Shown here: positions 20,981 through 34,234 of the stretch, in pieces
Position numbering within the stretch: the first letter of the stretch is position 1
Layout of the letters: each line of letters starts with the position of its first letter
DNA from: Macrostomum hystrix
Taxonomy: Eukaryota; Animalia; Platyhelminthes
Direction: 5' to 3'
Assembly: GCA_950097015.1 (NCBI GenBank)
Contig: CATNEN010000039.1
Coordinates: 17,670,001 to 17,734,000, forward strand
DNA: 64,000 nucleotides
The notes under the pieces: model-generated
The model's input: only the letters and a program-made list of their open reading frames with translations
The model's database searches: none
What the model was told of the DNA's origin: nothing
Position numbers and translations under genes: made by a program

Positions 20981-21471
20981 TCATATTACTCCTAATGTTT
21001 AATGCTTCCGTCACTCTCCTAAACGAGTTGGTCGCTAGTGAAAACAAAATAATTTTTCTAGCTCTTTGAGGTTCATTCTCAAATTTCGTCTACTCTTATA
21101 GCACGCTCACTCAATCCTTTCATTTTTCCACGTAGAATTATTCGCGTTCATAAAAACTGTTTCCATTATTTTTCTATTCAGTTCTTTATTCTAACTCAAC
21201 TACAGTTTGTCGCCAAGCGAAAGTCAGCGGCCCCAGACGCCGCTGCGGGACAATAGGAGGGCCGGTTTATAGATTGAGGTTGGCTGCGAGAGAAAGAAGA
21301 GAGAATGCAGTTCAGCAGGAAAGAGAGTCTGAGAAGCTGTCAGATTGACTTTAAACACGCAGGCTAGCAAGTCTATAGCTAGCGATATAGAGTCAAATGC
21401 GTTTTTGTAAACACACGCTCGTACACTTTTTATCTGCAGGTAATTTAGCTGTCGTCTTGGAAGAGTTTTTT

Positions 21472-23974
21472 ATGTCTCGCCGAAAAACAGCGGCTAGTAG
21501 ATCGACGGCAACAGCAGCAGCGGCAGCAGCCGACTGCGAGTCTACTGACCTTGATAGGCGCAGCGTCAGCTTCTTCGGCTTGCACCGAATCCTGCAGACT
21601 GACAGCAGCGGTGGTGGCAAGGTCAGCTACGGAGGAAACAAAGTAGAAATGGGTCAACAGTCTCTAGGAATGAGTCAGCAATCTCTAGAAATGGGTCAGC
21701 AATGTCTAGAAATCAATGAAAACTCTAGAAATGGGTCAGCAATGTCTAGAAATCAATGAAAACTCTAGAAATGGGTCAATGCTCAGAAAACAGGTCAAAA
21801 CTTTAGGAATGGATCAACAGAATTTAGAAATAGGTCAGCACTTTCTAGAAACGGGTCAAAATTCTAGAAATGGGTCAACAGTTTGTAGGAATGGGTCAAA
21901 AGTATCTAGGAAAAGGTCAACACTCTAAGAATGGGTCAACAGTTTGTAGGAATGGGTCAACAGTTTGTAGGAATGGGTCAACAGTTTGTAGGAATGGGTC
22001 AACAGTTTGTAGGAATGGGTCAACAGTTTGTAGGAATGGGTCAACAGTTTGTAGGAATGGGTCAACAGTTTGTAGGATTGGGTCAACAGTTTGTAGGAAT
22101 GGGTCAACAGTTTGTAGGAATGGGTCAACAGTTTGTAGGAATGGGTCAACAGTTTGTAGGAATGGGTCAACAGTTTGTAGGAATGGGTCAACAGTTTGTA
22201 GGATTGGGTCAACAGTTTGTAGGAATGGGTCAACAGTTTGTAGGAATGGGTCAACAGTTTGTAGGAATGGGTCAACAGTTTGTAGGAATGGGTCAAAAGT
22301 CTCTAGGAAAAGGTCAACACTCTGGGAATGGGTCAACAGTGTCTAGAAATAGGTCAATAATATGATATTGGGTCAGGACTCAGGACTGGTGAGTCATCAT
22401 CTTGAACACTCCGGGCATTCACCAGGCCGAACCACCGGCACAGCTAGCCGAATGCTTTGTCCTACTGCCTCGCGAAGGCATCGTCAATGTGGCCTACTCG
22501 ACGCAGCAGTCTGGCGCGGACACGGTTTGGCGGATTCGGTCGCAGCTGGAGCTGCAGACGGGTTACACCGCTGTCAGCACGCGGCTACTCCTTCGCGGTC
22601 GCGATCTGACCGAAGCGGATCTGCCAACCGAGGCGACGCTGCAGCTGACGGTGCTGACAGTGTACAGGGAGCTAGTTGACTGCGTCGAAGCCGATGTCAG
22701 CGACGAGAGAAAAATCGCCGACTGGCTGGCTGCCGCAGCCAAGCAGCGTCGTCAGCTGCGGCGACAGTGCAGCGGCCTGGCAACGAGTCGGCCGCCGGCA
22801 GCCAGTCAGGCGGAGATGCTGAACGACCAAGAAGCCGCTTCAGAGCCGGATGTCGACCCGGAGACAGTGGCGCATTCGGCCTTCGTGCTGGCCTGCTGCC
22901 GAGCTGCCACAGCCAGTGTTGTCCGTCTCTTCCTCCAGATGATGCGTGCGTGCCGGCTGATTGTGCGATTGGGTGTGGGGACAGCGTGTGAGATTGGGTG
23001 TGGAATTGGGTGTGGGACAGTGTGTGGAACAGCCGACAGGGTGTGGGATTGGGTGTGGGACAGTGTGTGGAACAGCCGACAGGGTGTGGGATTGGGTGTG
23101 GGACAGCGTGTGAGATTGGGTGTGGGACAGTTTGTGGAAAAGCCGACAGGGTGTGAGATTGGGTGTGGGATTGGGTGTGGGATTGGGTGTGGGATTGGGT
23201 GTGGGATTGGGTGTGGGATTGGGTGTGGGACAGTGTGTGGAACAGCTGACAGGGTGTGGGATTGGGTGTGGGACAGTGTGTGGAACAGCCGACAGGGTGT
23301 GGGATTGGGTGTGGGATTGGGTGTGGGATTGGGTGTGGGATTGGGTGTGGGATTGGGTGTGGGATTGGGTGTGGGATTGGGTGTGGGATTGGGTGTGGGA
23401 CAGTGTGTGGGACAGCCGACAGGGTGTGGGATTGGGTGTGGGATGGAGTGTGTGATTAATTGGATGATTTTGTTCTCCCTTTGGCATGTCATTAAGTGTT
23501 ATTAAATTCAGAATCTTCCGTTTTAAAAAATAATTATTCAACTAATAAATATTAAAATCGACTCAAAACCCCACTCTAGCCACCCTCGCCGTAGCTGTCA
23601 CGCCCCGCACAGGTCGCACGGGCCTGCACTTCGCCTGCTATCACGCCCAGCCGCGTCTGTGCCGACTCCTGCTGTCACGAATGTCGCGCGACTCGGCCGC
23701 CCTCCGGGACGCCTCCGGTCAGCGGGCCGCTGACTACGCGGCGGCGGCGGCTCTGCCAAACTCGGCCGACTGTCGCCGGCTGGTTCTGGGCGAGACGGCG
23801 AGACGATCCAACGGCGGCGGCCGGATGCAAACGAAATCATCGCCGACAGGCGAATCGATGCGGCTGTTTCGCTTGCCTCTGCCGGGTCGGGAGGCCGAAC
23901 TGCTGCGGACGCGGACTCTTCCGCTGACACGGCGGCCGCGGCGGCAGAGTTCCGGAACTGAGCAACTCTTGTAG
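21472..23974 (+). CDS. Ubiquitin-like plus ankyrin-repeat protein (ANKUB1-like), 3 exons, ~354 aa
   Basis: Exons 21472-21621, 22426-22945 and 23580-23974 join in frame (AAG|GTCAGC, CAG|GCC; C|GTGCGT, TAG|CC). Ubiquitin-like DTVWRIRSQLELQTGY...RLLLRGRDL; ankyrin GRTGLHFACYH...RDASGQRAADYA. Start codon and third acceptor are uncertain. Confidence 0.7.
21645..22358. repeat. 21-bp minisatellite (AATGGGTCAACAGTTTGTAGG) in intron 1 of the ankyrin gene
   Basis: Homogeneous core at 21930-22290 with degenerate edges. Confidence 0.9.
22966..23445. repeat. G-rich 12-bp minisatellite (GATTGGGTGTGG) in intron 2 of the ankyrin gene
   Basis: Tandem copies interspersed with a longer variant. Confidence 0.9.
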
Positions 23975-24099
23975 AGAAAATCGATTGACAAAATTCATCA
24001 ACTGCACTTTCCTCGCTTTAAGAATAGAACATGATAAAAATTAAAAAAGGGTTGATGATTGATCGATAAGATTAGGAGAAGGCGTTCCTGTTAGATCAA

Positions 24100-24405
24100 T
24101 TAGATGAGCGGAGGGGTTGGTTATCGATGGATAAGATGAGCGGAGGGGTTGGTGTTTGATTGATAAGATAAGCGGAGGGGTTGGTGATCGATGGATAAGA
24201 TGAGCAGAGGGGTTGGTGATCGATCGATAAGATGAGCGGAGGGGTTGGTGATCGATCGATAAGATGAGCGGAGGGGTTGGTGATCGATGGATAAGATGAG
24301 CGGAGGGGTTGGTGATCGATCGATAAGATGAGCGGAGGGGTTGGTGATCGATGGATTAGATGAGCGGAGGGGTTGGTGTTCGATCGATAAGATGAGCAGA
24401 GGGGG
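24100..24405. repeat. 32-bp minisatellite (GATAAGATGAGCGGAGGGGTTGGTGATCGATC)
   Basis: About 9 copies. Confidence 0.88.
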
Positions 24406-24680
24406 TCGATAAGTCTAAATCGATCAAAGTGACGGTAACTGCTGACTTGCCACAAAAATAAAGTTGATGCTGTCAGAAACTATTGTTTCAATATTGCTCA
24501 TATACGAGATAATAACATAACTTAATTAGAAACTGCTTTGCAAAATACAGTCTTTCTTGCATGCCTTTATTAATAATGGTAAAGGATCACAAAAAATCGG
24601 TAGTGCCATTCCAAAAATTATTGGCTGCTGACTTCATTCATTTCTTTCTGTCAAGCTGGGTCGTTTGTGGACAGAGGTGG

Positions 24681-26035
24681 CAGTGAGACACACAGGCAGT
24701 GTGAGAGATGGACAGTGAGACACACAGGCAGTGTGAGAGATGGACAGTGAGACACACAGGCAGTGTGAGAGATGGACAGTGAGACACACAGGCAGTGTGA
24801 GAGATGTACAGTGAGACACACAGGCAGTGTGAGAGATGGACAGTGAGACACACAGGCAGTGTGAGAGATGGACAGTGAGACACAGGCAGTGTGAGAGATG
24901 GACAGTGAGACACAGGCAGTGTGAGAGATGGACAGTGAGACACAGGCAGTGTGAGAGATGGACAGTGAGACACAGGCAGTGTGAGAGATGGACAGTGAGA
25001 CACAGGCAGTGTGAGAGATGGACAGTGAGACACAGGCAGTGTGAGAGATGGACAGTGAGACACAGGCAGTGTGAGAGATGTTCAGTGAGACACACGGGCA
25101 GTGTGAGAGATGGACAGTGAGACACACAGGCAGTGTGAGAGATGGACAGTGAGACACACAGGCAGTGTGAGAGATGGAGAGTGAGACACAGGCAGTGTGA
25201 GAGATGGACAGTGAGACACACAGGCAGTGTGAGAGATGGACAGTGAGACACACAGGCAGTGTGAGAGATGGACAGTGAGACACAGGCAGTGTGAGAGATG
25301 GACAGTGAGACACACAGGCAGTGTGAGAGATGGACAGTGAGACACACAGGCAGTGTGAGAGATGGACAGTGAGACACACAGGCAGTGTGAGAGATGGACA
25401 GTGAGACACACAGGCAGTGTGAGAGATGGACAGTGAGACACACAGGCAGTGTGAGAGATGGACAGTGAGACACACAGGCAGTGTGAGAGATGGACAGTGA
25501 GACACACAGGCAGTGTGAGAGATGGACAGTGAGACACACAGGCAGTGTGAGAGATGGACAGTGAGACACACAGGCAGTGTGAGAGATGGACAGTGAGACA
25601 CACGGGCAGTGTGAGAGATGGACAGTGAGACACACAGGCAGTGTGAGAGATGGACAGTGAGACACACAGGCAGTGTGAGAGATGGACAGTGAGACACACA
25701 GGCAGTGTGAGAGATGGACAGTGAGACACACAGGCAGTGTGAGAGATGGACAGTGAGACACACAGGCAGTGTGAGAGATGGACAGTGAGACACACGGGCA
25801 GTGTGAGAGATGGACAGTGAGACACACAGGCAGTGTGAGAGATGGACAGTGAGACACACAGGCAGTGTGAGAGATGGACAGTGAGACACACAGGCAGTGT
25901 GAGAGATGGACAGTGAGACACACAGGCAGTGTGAGAGATGGACAGTGAGACACACAGGCAGTGTGAGAGATGGACAGTGAGACACACAGGCAGTGTGAGA
26001 GATGGACAGTGAGACACACAGGCAGTGTGAGAGAT
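24681..26035. repeat. 32/30-bp satellite (CAGTGAGACACACAGGCAGTGTGAGAGATGGA)
   Basis: About 43 copies; source of several spurious Cys/His-rich ORFs. Confidence 0.95.
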
Positions 26036-26609
26036 CGAAGAGGGACTGCAGGTATGTAAAAAACTAAATAGCAAACAAAAGACACGATTTTACTTTCCTA
26101 AAAGCGTACGATATTTGAGTTTATTTGAGTTCATATTATTTTATTAATTGTAATTAAAATGCGTTGAATAAAAAAAATCGTGTTAAAAATTTAATGTGGG
26201 AATTAAACGTGCGTAAGCAGCAAAGCTAATAGAGTAAATGAAATTAGCTATAAAACTTAAACCGAGAAATATGTTGAATAAATGTTAAAACAATGATAGA
26301 GAGCAGATAGAGTTAAGAAAAATGCAGCATTGATAGGTTTTTATAAAATAATTTTTACTACTGTAGGTTTTTACTAAAGAGTAAATTAATTAAGAAAAGT
26401 ATAAATGCTGGGAATAAAAAAGTCTAATTGAAAACTGCTGATAAAGTTGTTTTGCTAAACTATTAAAGCTGAAATACAAGATTAGCAGAGCATATTAAAA
26501 CAAAGTGAAAGCAGGCAATGTCAATTTGTCACATTCCAAAAATTTTGTTAATTGTATTTACAAAGTAGTCAGCTCCGATACATACAGATTAATTAGACTT
26601 CATTAACAG

Positions 26610-27350
26610 ATCAGTCAAATGCCCCAAACAAATTAGTCATATCCCATAATAGTCATATCCCATAATAGTCATATCCCATAATAGTCATATCCTATATTAG
26701 TCAGATCCCAAATACAATCAGTGAGATCCCATAAATAAACTAGTCAGATCCCATAAACAAACTAGTCAGATCCCATAAACAAACTAGTCAGATCCCATAA
26801 ACAAACTAGTCAGATCCCATAAACAAACTAGTCAGATCCCATAAACAACTAGTCAGATCCCATAAACAAACTAGTCAGATCCCATAAACAAACTAGTCAG
26901 ATCCCATAAACAATTAGTCAGATCCCATATACAATCAATAAGATCCCATAAACAAACTAGTCAGATCCCATAAACAATTAGTCAGATCCCATAAACAATT
27001 AGTCATATCCCATAATAGTCATATCCCATATTAGTCAGATCCCATAAACAAACTAGTCAGATCCCATAAACAATTAGTCAGATCCCATAAACAAACTAGT
27101 CAGATCCCATAAACAATTAGTCATATCCCATAATAGTCATATCCCATAATAGTCATATCCCATATTAGTCAGATCCCATAAACAAAATAGTCGGATCCCA
27201 TAAACAATTAGTCAGATGCCATATACAATCAATAAGATCCCATAAGCAAACTAGTCAGATCCCATATACAATCAGTGAGATCCCATATACAATTAGTCAG
27301 ATCCCATATACAATTAGTCAGATCCCTATACAAACTAGTCTGATCCCACA
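26610..27350. repeat. ~22-bp minisatellite (ACTAGTCAGATCCCATAAACAA) just 3' of the RacGAP stop
   Basis: Tandem array with 17/21/22-bp variants. Confidence 0.88.
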
Positions 27351-27385
27351 GTCTAGTTAGGAAAACATTAGATAAATAGTGAAGT

Positions 27386-30300
27386 TCACTTGGGATGCGG
27401 GAAGAACAACTTCCTAGTGGCCCGGTATTTCTCCCGCAGGAAGTTGACCTTCTCTTTGTATTTCGGATCACGCATATCGCCAACCGGAGCAGCTTCGAAG
27501 CGCGGCCTCAGCAGCGGCGTCTTGGAGGCGATATAACTGCCGTGGCCGTCCTGGCCGCCGCGGCCGCTGACGCCGACAAACGAAGCGTCGGCAGTGGAAG
27601 CGGAGGCAAGAAGATCAGTGTAGTAGCCGCTGGGCAGGCAGAGCAGCAGGCGGAGAATGGACTGCTGCAGGGCGGTCTCGTTGATGGTCTGAATAATGGG
27701 ATTAAAAGGAACAATATAAGTTCAACATTCGTTTTTACAGGCTATTGTTTCTAAATTGTTTCTAAAACATATGGTTCAGTGACCAGAATTCACACACAAG
27801 TAAGTAAAACAACTTCCTCAGCATATCAAATCTTGATATAATAACTCTAATCCCCCTTCAAAAACTTGTATCCTAATCAAAATAACTCGAATTCCCATAT
27901 AAGAAATCGAATTCCCATCCAAGAAATCGAATTCCCATCCAAGAAATCGAATTCCCATCCAAGAAATCGAATTCCCATCCAAGAAATCGAATTCCCATCC
28001 AAGAAATCGAATTCCCATCCAAGAAATCGAATTCCCATTCAAGAAATCGAATTCCCATCCAAGAAATCGAATTCCCATCCAAGAAATCGAATTCCCATCT
28101 AAGAAATCGAATCCCTATCTAACAAATCAAATCCTCATCGGAAAAATCGAATCCCTATTAGTGAAATCCCTATCTGGGCACCGAAATTCCCAGTCAGGAA
28201 CTTACAGTCATAGGCTCGGGATTCTGGCAGGAGTTGCCAACCAGAGTTGGCGCCAGAGTACGGGCCAGATTAGATTCGGACATCTGCACCTGGGGAGCGC
28301 TGGCCACGCGCAACAGGTGGGCCAACAGGTAGACCAGGGTGTTGCGATTAGCCGGGGGCAGGCTGAGCAGAGTGGCGGAGGCCAGCTCATTGTTGGCAGT
28401 TTCGGCTGCTCGGGCGAACTCAGGCCATAGACGATGAGTGAGTAGCGGCTCGGGCAGGTTGGCAAGGTACAGCTTTAGAAGGCCGCACAGAACGTGAACA
28501 TCTTCAACGCCTGTTAGGTCCGGCACCTGGGTAAGGGTTGAATTTAGTAGCAATTAACAGCGGGGTAACACTCTGAATATTTGAGAAACAGTGGGACAAA
28601 AATCATGCGGACGAGACAACTTTACAGAGGGATTAGGACACCACTGGAATAGGTGACACACAGGGGAATGGGTGAGACACAGGTGGAAAAAGGTGAGACA
28701 CGTGTGGAAAACGGTGAGCCACAGGTGGAAAACGGTGAGCCACAGGTGGAATAGGTGAGACACAGGTGGAAAAAGGTGAGACACGTGTGGAAAACGGTGA
28801 GCCACAGGTGGAATAGGTGAGACACAGGTGGAATAGGTGAGACACAGGTGGAATAGGTGAGACACAGGTGGAATAGGTGACACACAGGTGTAATAGGTGA
28901 GACACAGGTGGAATAGGTGACACACAGGTGGAATAGGTGACACACAGGTGGAATAGGTGACACACAGGTGGAATAGGTGACACACAGGTGGAATAGGTGA
29001 GACACAGGTGGAATAGGTGAGACACAGGTGGAATAGGTGAGACACTGCAGGTGGAATAGGTGAGACACTGCAGGTGGAATAGATGAGACACAGGTGGAAT
29101 AGGTGAGACACAGGTGGAATAGGTGAGACACAGGTGGAATAGGTGAGACACAGGTGGAATAGGTGAGACACTGCAGGTGGAATAGGTGAGACACTGCAGG
29201 TGGAATAGGTGAGACACAGGTGGAATAAGGTGAGACACAGGTGGAATAGGTGAGGTACCAGTGGAATAGATGGGAGTGAAGTGGGTAAAACACAGGATGA
29301 GATGAAACACACTGGCCAGGCTCACCCTTCGCTGTCCAGACTGGCAGTAGGCGTCCCACAGCTGGCGGACCTGCTTCTGAGAGCCGGAGACACGATAGAG
29401 ACCGACCTCCCGTAGGCCGCGACGCTCAATCTCGCGAACGCATTCAACAACCAGCTGCGGCACCGTTGGCGGCGGCGGCGACCATCGAGCAGCGGCTGCT
29501 GCAACCGCTGCAGCGGCGGCGGCCGCAGTCGCCGAGCTAGACGATGGCGTAGCGAAGACGGCAGGCGGAGGCGGACTGCCGCGTCGATGGGAGTAGGCGC
29601 CAGAAGCTCCGGGCGTGACAGGATAAGCTGCCGCGGCGGCCTCCTCGTCGGTGTTGTCGTAGTCGAACTCGTCGGGGTCGAGCAGGTCGCCGGAGCTGTG
29701 CTCCTCGCCGGGACCGCCGCAGTTGCGCGCCGCGGCGTAGCCGGCAGCGTCGTCGAGGCAGGCGTCGTCGAGCACGTCGGAAGGAGCCACGCCAAGTTGG
29801 GAGGCCTCCTCAGTGCACTGGGTGTTGATGGCAGGTTGTGAGTCGTTGATAAGTATTTTAACAGTAGAAAGACCAGGGGGTATTTCAAATGCCCACATTT
29901 TAATTATTTTCTGAACCTTTTTCCGCTCAATCCGATGAAACCAATTTCAGTATCGCAAAACACCGGCATAGTCGCGATATTCAACGACTCTTGTCGGGTG
30001 TCTGGTGGCAAAAAACCACCAATAAAGGCGAAAAAAGTATTTCATAAAGTAATCATGTGGGCTATTATTAAGTTAATTTTGAACCAATATAGATTCGACA
30101 TAGAAGTTAACACAGCAATGTTACTAGTCATTGTCACCAGGGTCTTCGACAATAATCGTTGAATATCTCGACGATGCTACTGCCAACAAATGAAAATACT
30201 TATTTATTATTATCAAGGGCCAAAACACAGACCAGTCCGCGCAGTCGAGCCTGCAGCTCGCGGGCTCCGGTCTCGCAACGCCGCCTGCGCAGCTGCTCCT

Positions 30301-30595
30301 CTTCTAGATCGGCTCTGGCCTGCATTAGCTGGGCTTGGGTCCGGCGCTGTTCAATCTGAGCCTGTTCTAGTTCGCGCCGGAGCGACTCAGCCCGCTCCTC
30401 CGCCAGCTTCAAGGCTTTGACAAGGGCTCGCTCGGCGCTGTTAGAATCGGCGCGCAGTACAGCCGCAGACCGGACCAGGTCATCGAAATGCAACAGCAGG
30501 GCCACTTTGGTTATGCGAACGCTGCCGCCACCGTTGCTATTGGCTGTGCCGGGTCGCCCAACGCGATCGCGAAGCTGGACGCCAGATTTCATCAT
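27386..30595 (-). CDS. RACGAP1: RacGAP1/CYK-4/Tumbleweed-like RhoGAP, 4 exons, ~492 aa, no C1 domain
   Basis: Exons 30595-30233, 29817-29326, 28526-28206 and 27688-27386 are all phase 0 with GT/AG. N-terminal coiled coil FDDLVR...QARADLEEEQLRRRRCE; FDYDNTDE; GAP domain CVREIERRGLREVGLYRVSG...LPEPLLT...NRNTL...MSESNLARTLAPTLVG; C-terminal LFFPHPK. Confidence 0.85.
27888..28120. repeat. 20-bp minisatellite (AAGAAATCGAATTCCCATCC) in RacGAP intron 3
   Basis: About 11 copies. Confidence 0.9.
28646..29270. repeat. 20-bp minisatellite (GGTGAGACACAGGTGGAATA) in RacGAP intron 2
   Basis: About 30 copies. Confidence 0.92.
29951..30180. mobile_element. Small inverted-repeat dispersed element in RacGAP intron 1
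   Basis: 22-bp imperfect inverted repeats at 29966-29987 and 30156-30177; homologous partial copy at 5285-5426. Confidence 0.55.
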
Positions 30596-32710
30596 CTGGA
30601 AGAATGTCAGTCAGTCGATAATTAAATTGACTGACTATGCGAGTTTTCTTTGGAATAGCTCTAAGTAATAGTTAAACTAGGCACAATTTGACCCATGATG
30701 CCATCAATGACATTGTTGATGGGACATGCAGTGTAACATTACCCTTTGATAAATCTGTAACTAATTACTCACGTGCAAAAAATATTGTCTTAGCCTATTT
30801 TACCAAATATTAAGATGTTTAAAATAAATTATGCAAACGAGTTTAGACTTTGCATCACAGGCATCTAGACAGTTTTGTTTAAATTATTGTTAATATTTAT
30901 TTGGCTTGCAGTTATTTGTGCAAGAACAATAAATTAAAGTTATGAATAATGCTAAGAATTTGTTAGAACAATTTGTCCCATCAACAATGGCACTGATTTA
31001 TGATTGCTTTGGCATCTTAAAATGCACTTAAAAGGCAATTTTGTGAAACAGGGATTTTAAATAAATAAATTTTGGCTAGGCAAACAGATTTTCTTTTTAT
31101 GAAGATCTAAGTTATAGTTAAACTAGGCACAATTTGTCCCATTGATAGTGCCATCATGACATATCATATTGTTGATAGGACAAGCATATTTTACATATTA
31201 GTGTTACATATTTTAACAGGGTTGTAAACTAAATATTACAGTTATTGTTTAAAAAGAAATAGCTAGTTATTGAGAAAGATTCTTGTAGAGTGTTTGGCTT
31301 GGTCTATAAGTATTTAAACAGATTCCAATACTGTAAAACATTCAATATTTTCCAAATTTCAGATAATTGCTATGGCCAATAGGCTAGTACATGACAAGCC
31401 AGCTGAGCCTTACTATGATCTGTAAGAGCAGCCAGACAAAATAAAATTTAATAGCATTAAAATTGTATAGCTGCCTACCACCCAAGATCCTTTGCCAGAT
31501 GCCTTTGTTGCTGTTGCATATCATTAACACCTAGTACATTGGCCTAGAGATAGTCCAAAATTTCAATTTAGAATTTAATTTTCTGAAATTCAAATTTTTG
31601 CTCAAATTTTGATTTTGAAAAAAATTCGGAAGTTAAGACTTAAAGAGTGGTTTTTCTGAATTTTCAATACATTTTTATAGCTCTTGCATGCTTTATTGAA
31701 CATTTTGTGGAAGTTATGGTTAGTATATGATAAAATTATGTTTGCTAAAATACAACCCAGTTTGCTAACAAGTGTGACTTTCACTGAACAATATCCCACT
31801 CAATATTCCAATTGATATTCCAACAGATAATGTAGTATACGTAAACAAGTCAAACTTGTGTAAAATCAGGATTAGCAAAAAAATTCAAAACATTTTACCT
31901 AAAAAATTGCAAATTTACAGAAAAACATGTGAGTTAGGCAATCATTACAATTTAGGCATAGCTAATTTTAAAAGTTACTGTAAGAGTGTAAGTAGACAGT
32001 TTATAGAAAATTTCAATTTTGGAACTTCCTGAAAAAAATTAAATTTTAATTTCAATTTAGGAAAGGTGTGAATTTCAATTTTGATTTTGATTTCAATTGA
32101 AAATCTGCTTTTGGATTATCTATACATTTGCCAGGTGAAGTCAGTCAATGGTGATATCCATTGTATTTAATAAATACAATATTTATTACATTTGCATTTT
32201 ACTCTTGCACAGTAATTGTCTAACATCTATATATAGTATTTTTCATATCCATATGAAGTTCTGCCATGTCTCATGAGTGTGATTATTCAGTAGTTTTGTT
32301 GTGGGCTCTGTATAATTATATAAAATTATAACATTTTATATTTACATAACATTATAGTTAGACTTAAAAAGTATTCTAATCTTTTTTAACGCTCAACGTC
32401 CTATTGAAAGTGCTTAATGTCCCAACAGTCCAATTGAGGCATTAAAAAACAAAATTGGCTAGAAAACGATTATTAGTAATTACTTTATTGTGCTTTTGTG
32501 TTTTCTAAATCGTATATATTTTGTATTTTAATTATAAAAAAATAATAAAATAAAACAATTTGCTTCTTGGGATTTAGGACAGATTTATGTAAATATTATT
32601 GAATTCACTTAGTAATACATATACATGGATTTGTAGGCCTAGTGTCTTGCTGCTCAGACAAAAAATTGCTATCAAGAGGCCTATATGCATGACAATTAAG
32701 ATAGTCAATT

Positions 32711-33385
32711 GGAAGTGCTTATTCCCACAGTCCCATGCCGATAAGTTCAATTTTATCCACACGGGTCCATGCCGATAATTTTCTGCTTATCCACACGGCA
32801 GCTTGTATGAATATGTCTACTTTCAAGTCCCTACTATTCTTCTCTGAGCATAAGGATTTTGCTTCAGAGTATAGTGTATAGTGTACACTATCAGTGCATA
32901 ATGTAAAATAATAACAATGATGTATAATATGTGTGATGAGTTTGGTGCTGACTAGAATTCTGCTGGTTGACTCGTGTGATTTTCTTTGATTAACTTCTTA
33001 CTTTCTAAGTCAATACAATTCGAATGAAAACACATAACGATGACAATTTTTTAGATTTAGTAAGTTGTTATTACAAAAATTAAAAAGGATGACACTAATG
33101 TCGGTTAATGAATGTGTAGGTCAAAATGTAGAACACTGTCGTAACACACTGGGAACTTTGTCAATCTATTGGCTTGAGGGTTCAGCAAAACGTTCAAACC
33201 CGAAAGGGCCTCGTTTCAAAGAACAGAACCGTGTGGATAAAATTGAAATTAACGGCACGGCATATATAAAGAGTTTTAGACCTATTTAGACAAGCTGCCA
33301 TGTGGATAAGCAGAAAATTATCGGCATGGCTCCGTGTGGATAAAATTGAAATTATTGGCACGGGACCATGGGAATAAGCTCTGCC
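32711..33385. mobile_element. MITE with long TIRs and 9-bp TSD (Mutator-like)
   Basis: About 95-bp imperfect TIRs starting GGAAGTGCTTATTCCCA / GGCAGAGCTTATTCCCA; TAGTCAATT on both sides (32702-32710 and 33386-33394). Confidence 0.88.
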
Positions 33386-33577
33386 TAGTCAATTAGCTCA
33401 GTTCAAATAACATAGTCAAGTAGAGTCAGGTAGTTATTAACAAGAATACTTTTATTGTTAATAATGTAATGTTTTAATGATGCTGCCAACTATAATTATG
33501 TCATTTAGGTAAGCGTAAGCTTAAGCCATAAGGGAATATGCTGCTAATAGGGCAAAATAACTTATATGCCTATAGGC

Positions 33578-34234
33578 CATAGTCCAGATCATGTCGTTTA
33601 CACTGGAGATCTCTGGCGTAAATCTGGTTTGGGATCTGAGGCTGGCGTAAGTGCTTGGCGTAAGTATAGGCCAAAATGTGCCTTGGCGTAAGTGCTTGGC
33701 ATAAGTACATGGCATAAATCAAGTGGCGTAAATGTTAGCACAAATGAGATCATTCACGATCAAATGTATCACTATAGAACATAACACATTTGCGTTAATT
33801 ATGATGTTAAGGAGCAGCATTAAAACAAAGTTCATTAAAATATTGCAGTTCGTATAAATGAGATAGCAGAATATCTATTGTAGGATAGCAAATGTTTTTT
33901 TAGCTTTAAGATGCTTACTTTGATACTTGATTCAGAATTTGCAACTTGTGAGATTTTTAAACAGTTGCAACTTCTGAATTTAATTAATCACTGATTAATT
34001 GTGAATCATCAATTCTATTACATGCTGGTTAGAGTGAGAGAGACATCCATGTAATAGTCGAGGGCAGCAAGCAAGGAGGCCAATAAAGAGACATAGATTA
34101 ACAAGAATTGTGAAGGGCCTTTTTTGGGTGGCGTAAGTCAGAGGGACCTTTTTTAGGTTGGCGTAAGTCTGGCGTAAGTGCCAAAAAATGTTGGCTTTTT
34201 CCTCCGGCGTAAGTCCAGCATGATCCGGACTATG
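33578..34234. mobile_element. Degenerate non-autonomous DNA transposon
   Basis: TIR CATAGTCCAGATCATG ... CATGATCCGGACTATG with subterminal GGCGTAAGT repeats at both ends; no TSD recognisable. Confidence 0.6.

Noticed and set aside
21870-22365. (MGQQFVG)n and (RNGSTVC)n repeat ORFs
   Set aside because: Lie within a GT-AG intron whose flanking exons join in frame.
24634-26085. Cys/His-rich ORFs resembling metal-binding proteins
   Set aside because: 32-bp satellite read in three frames.
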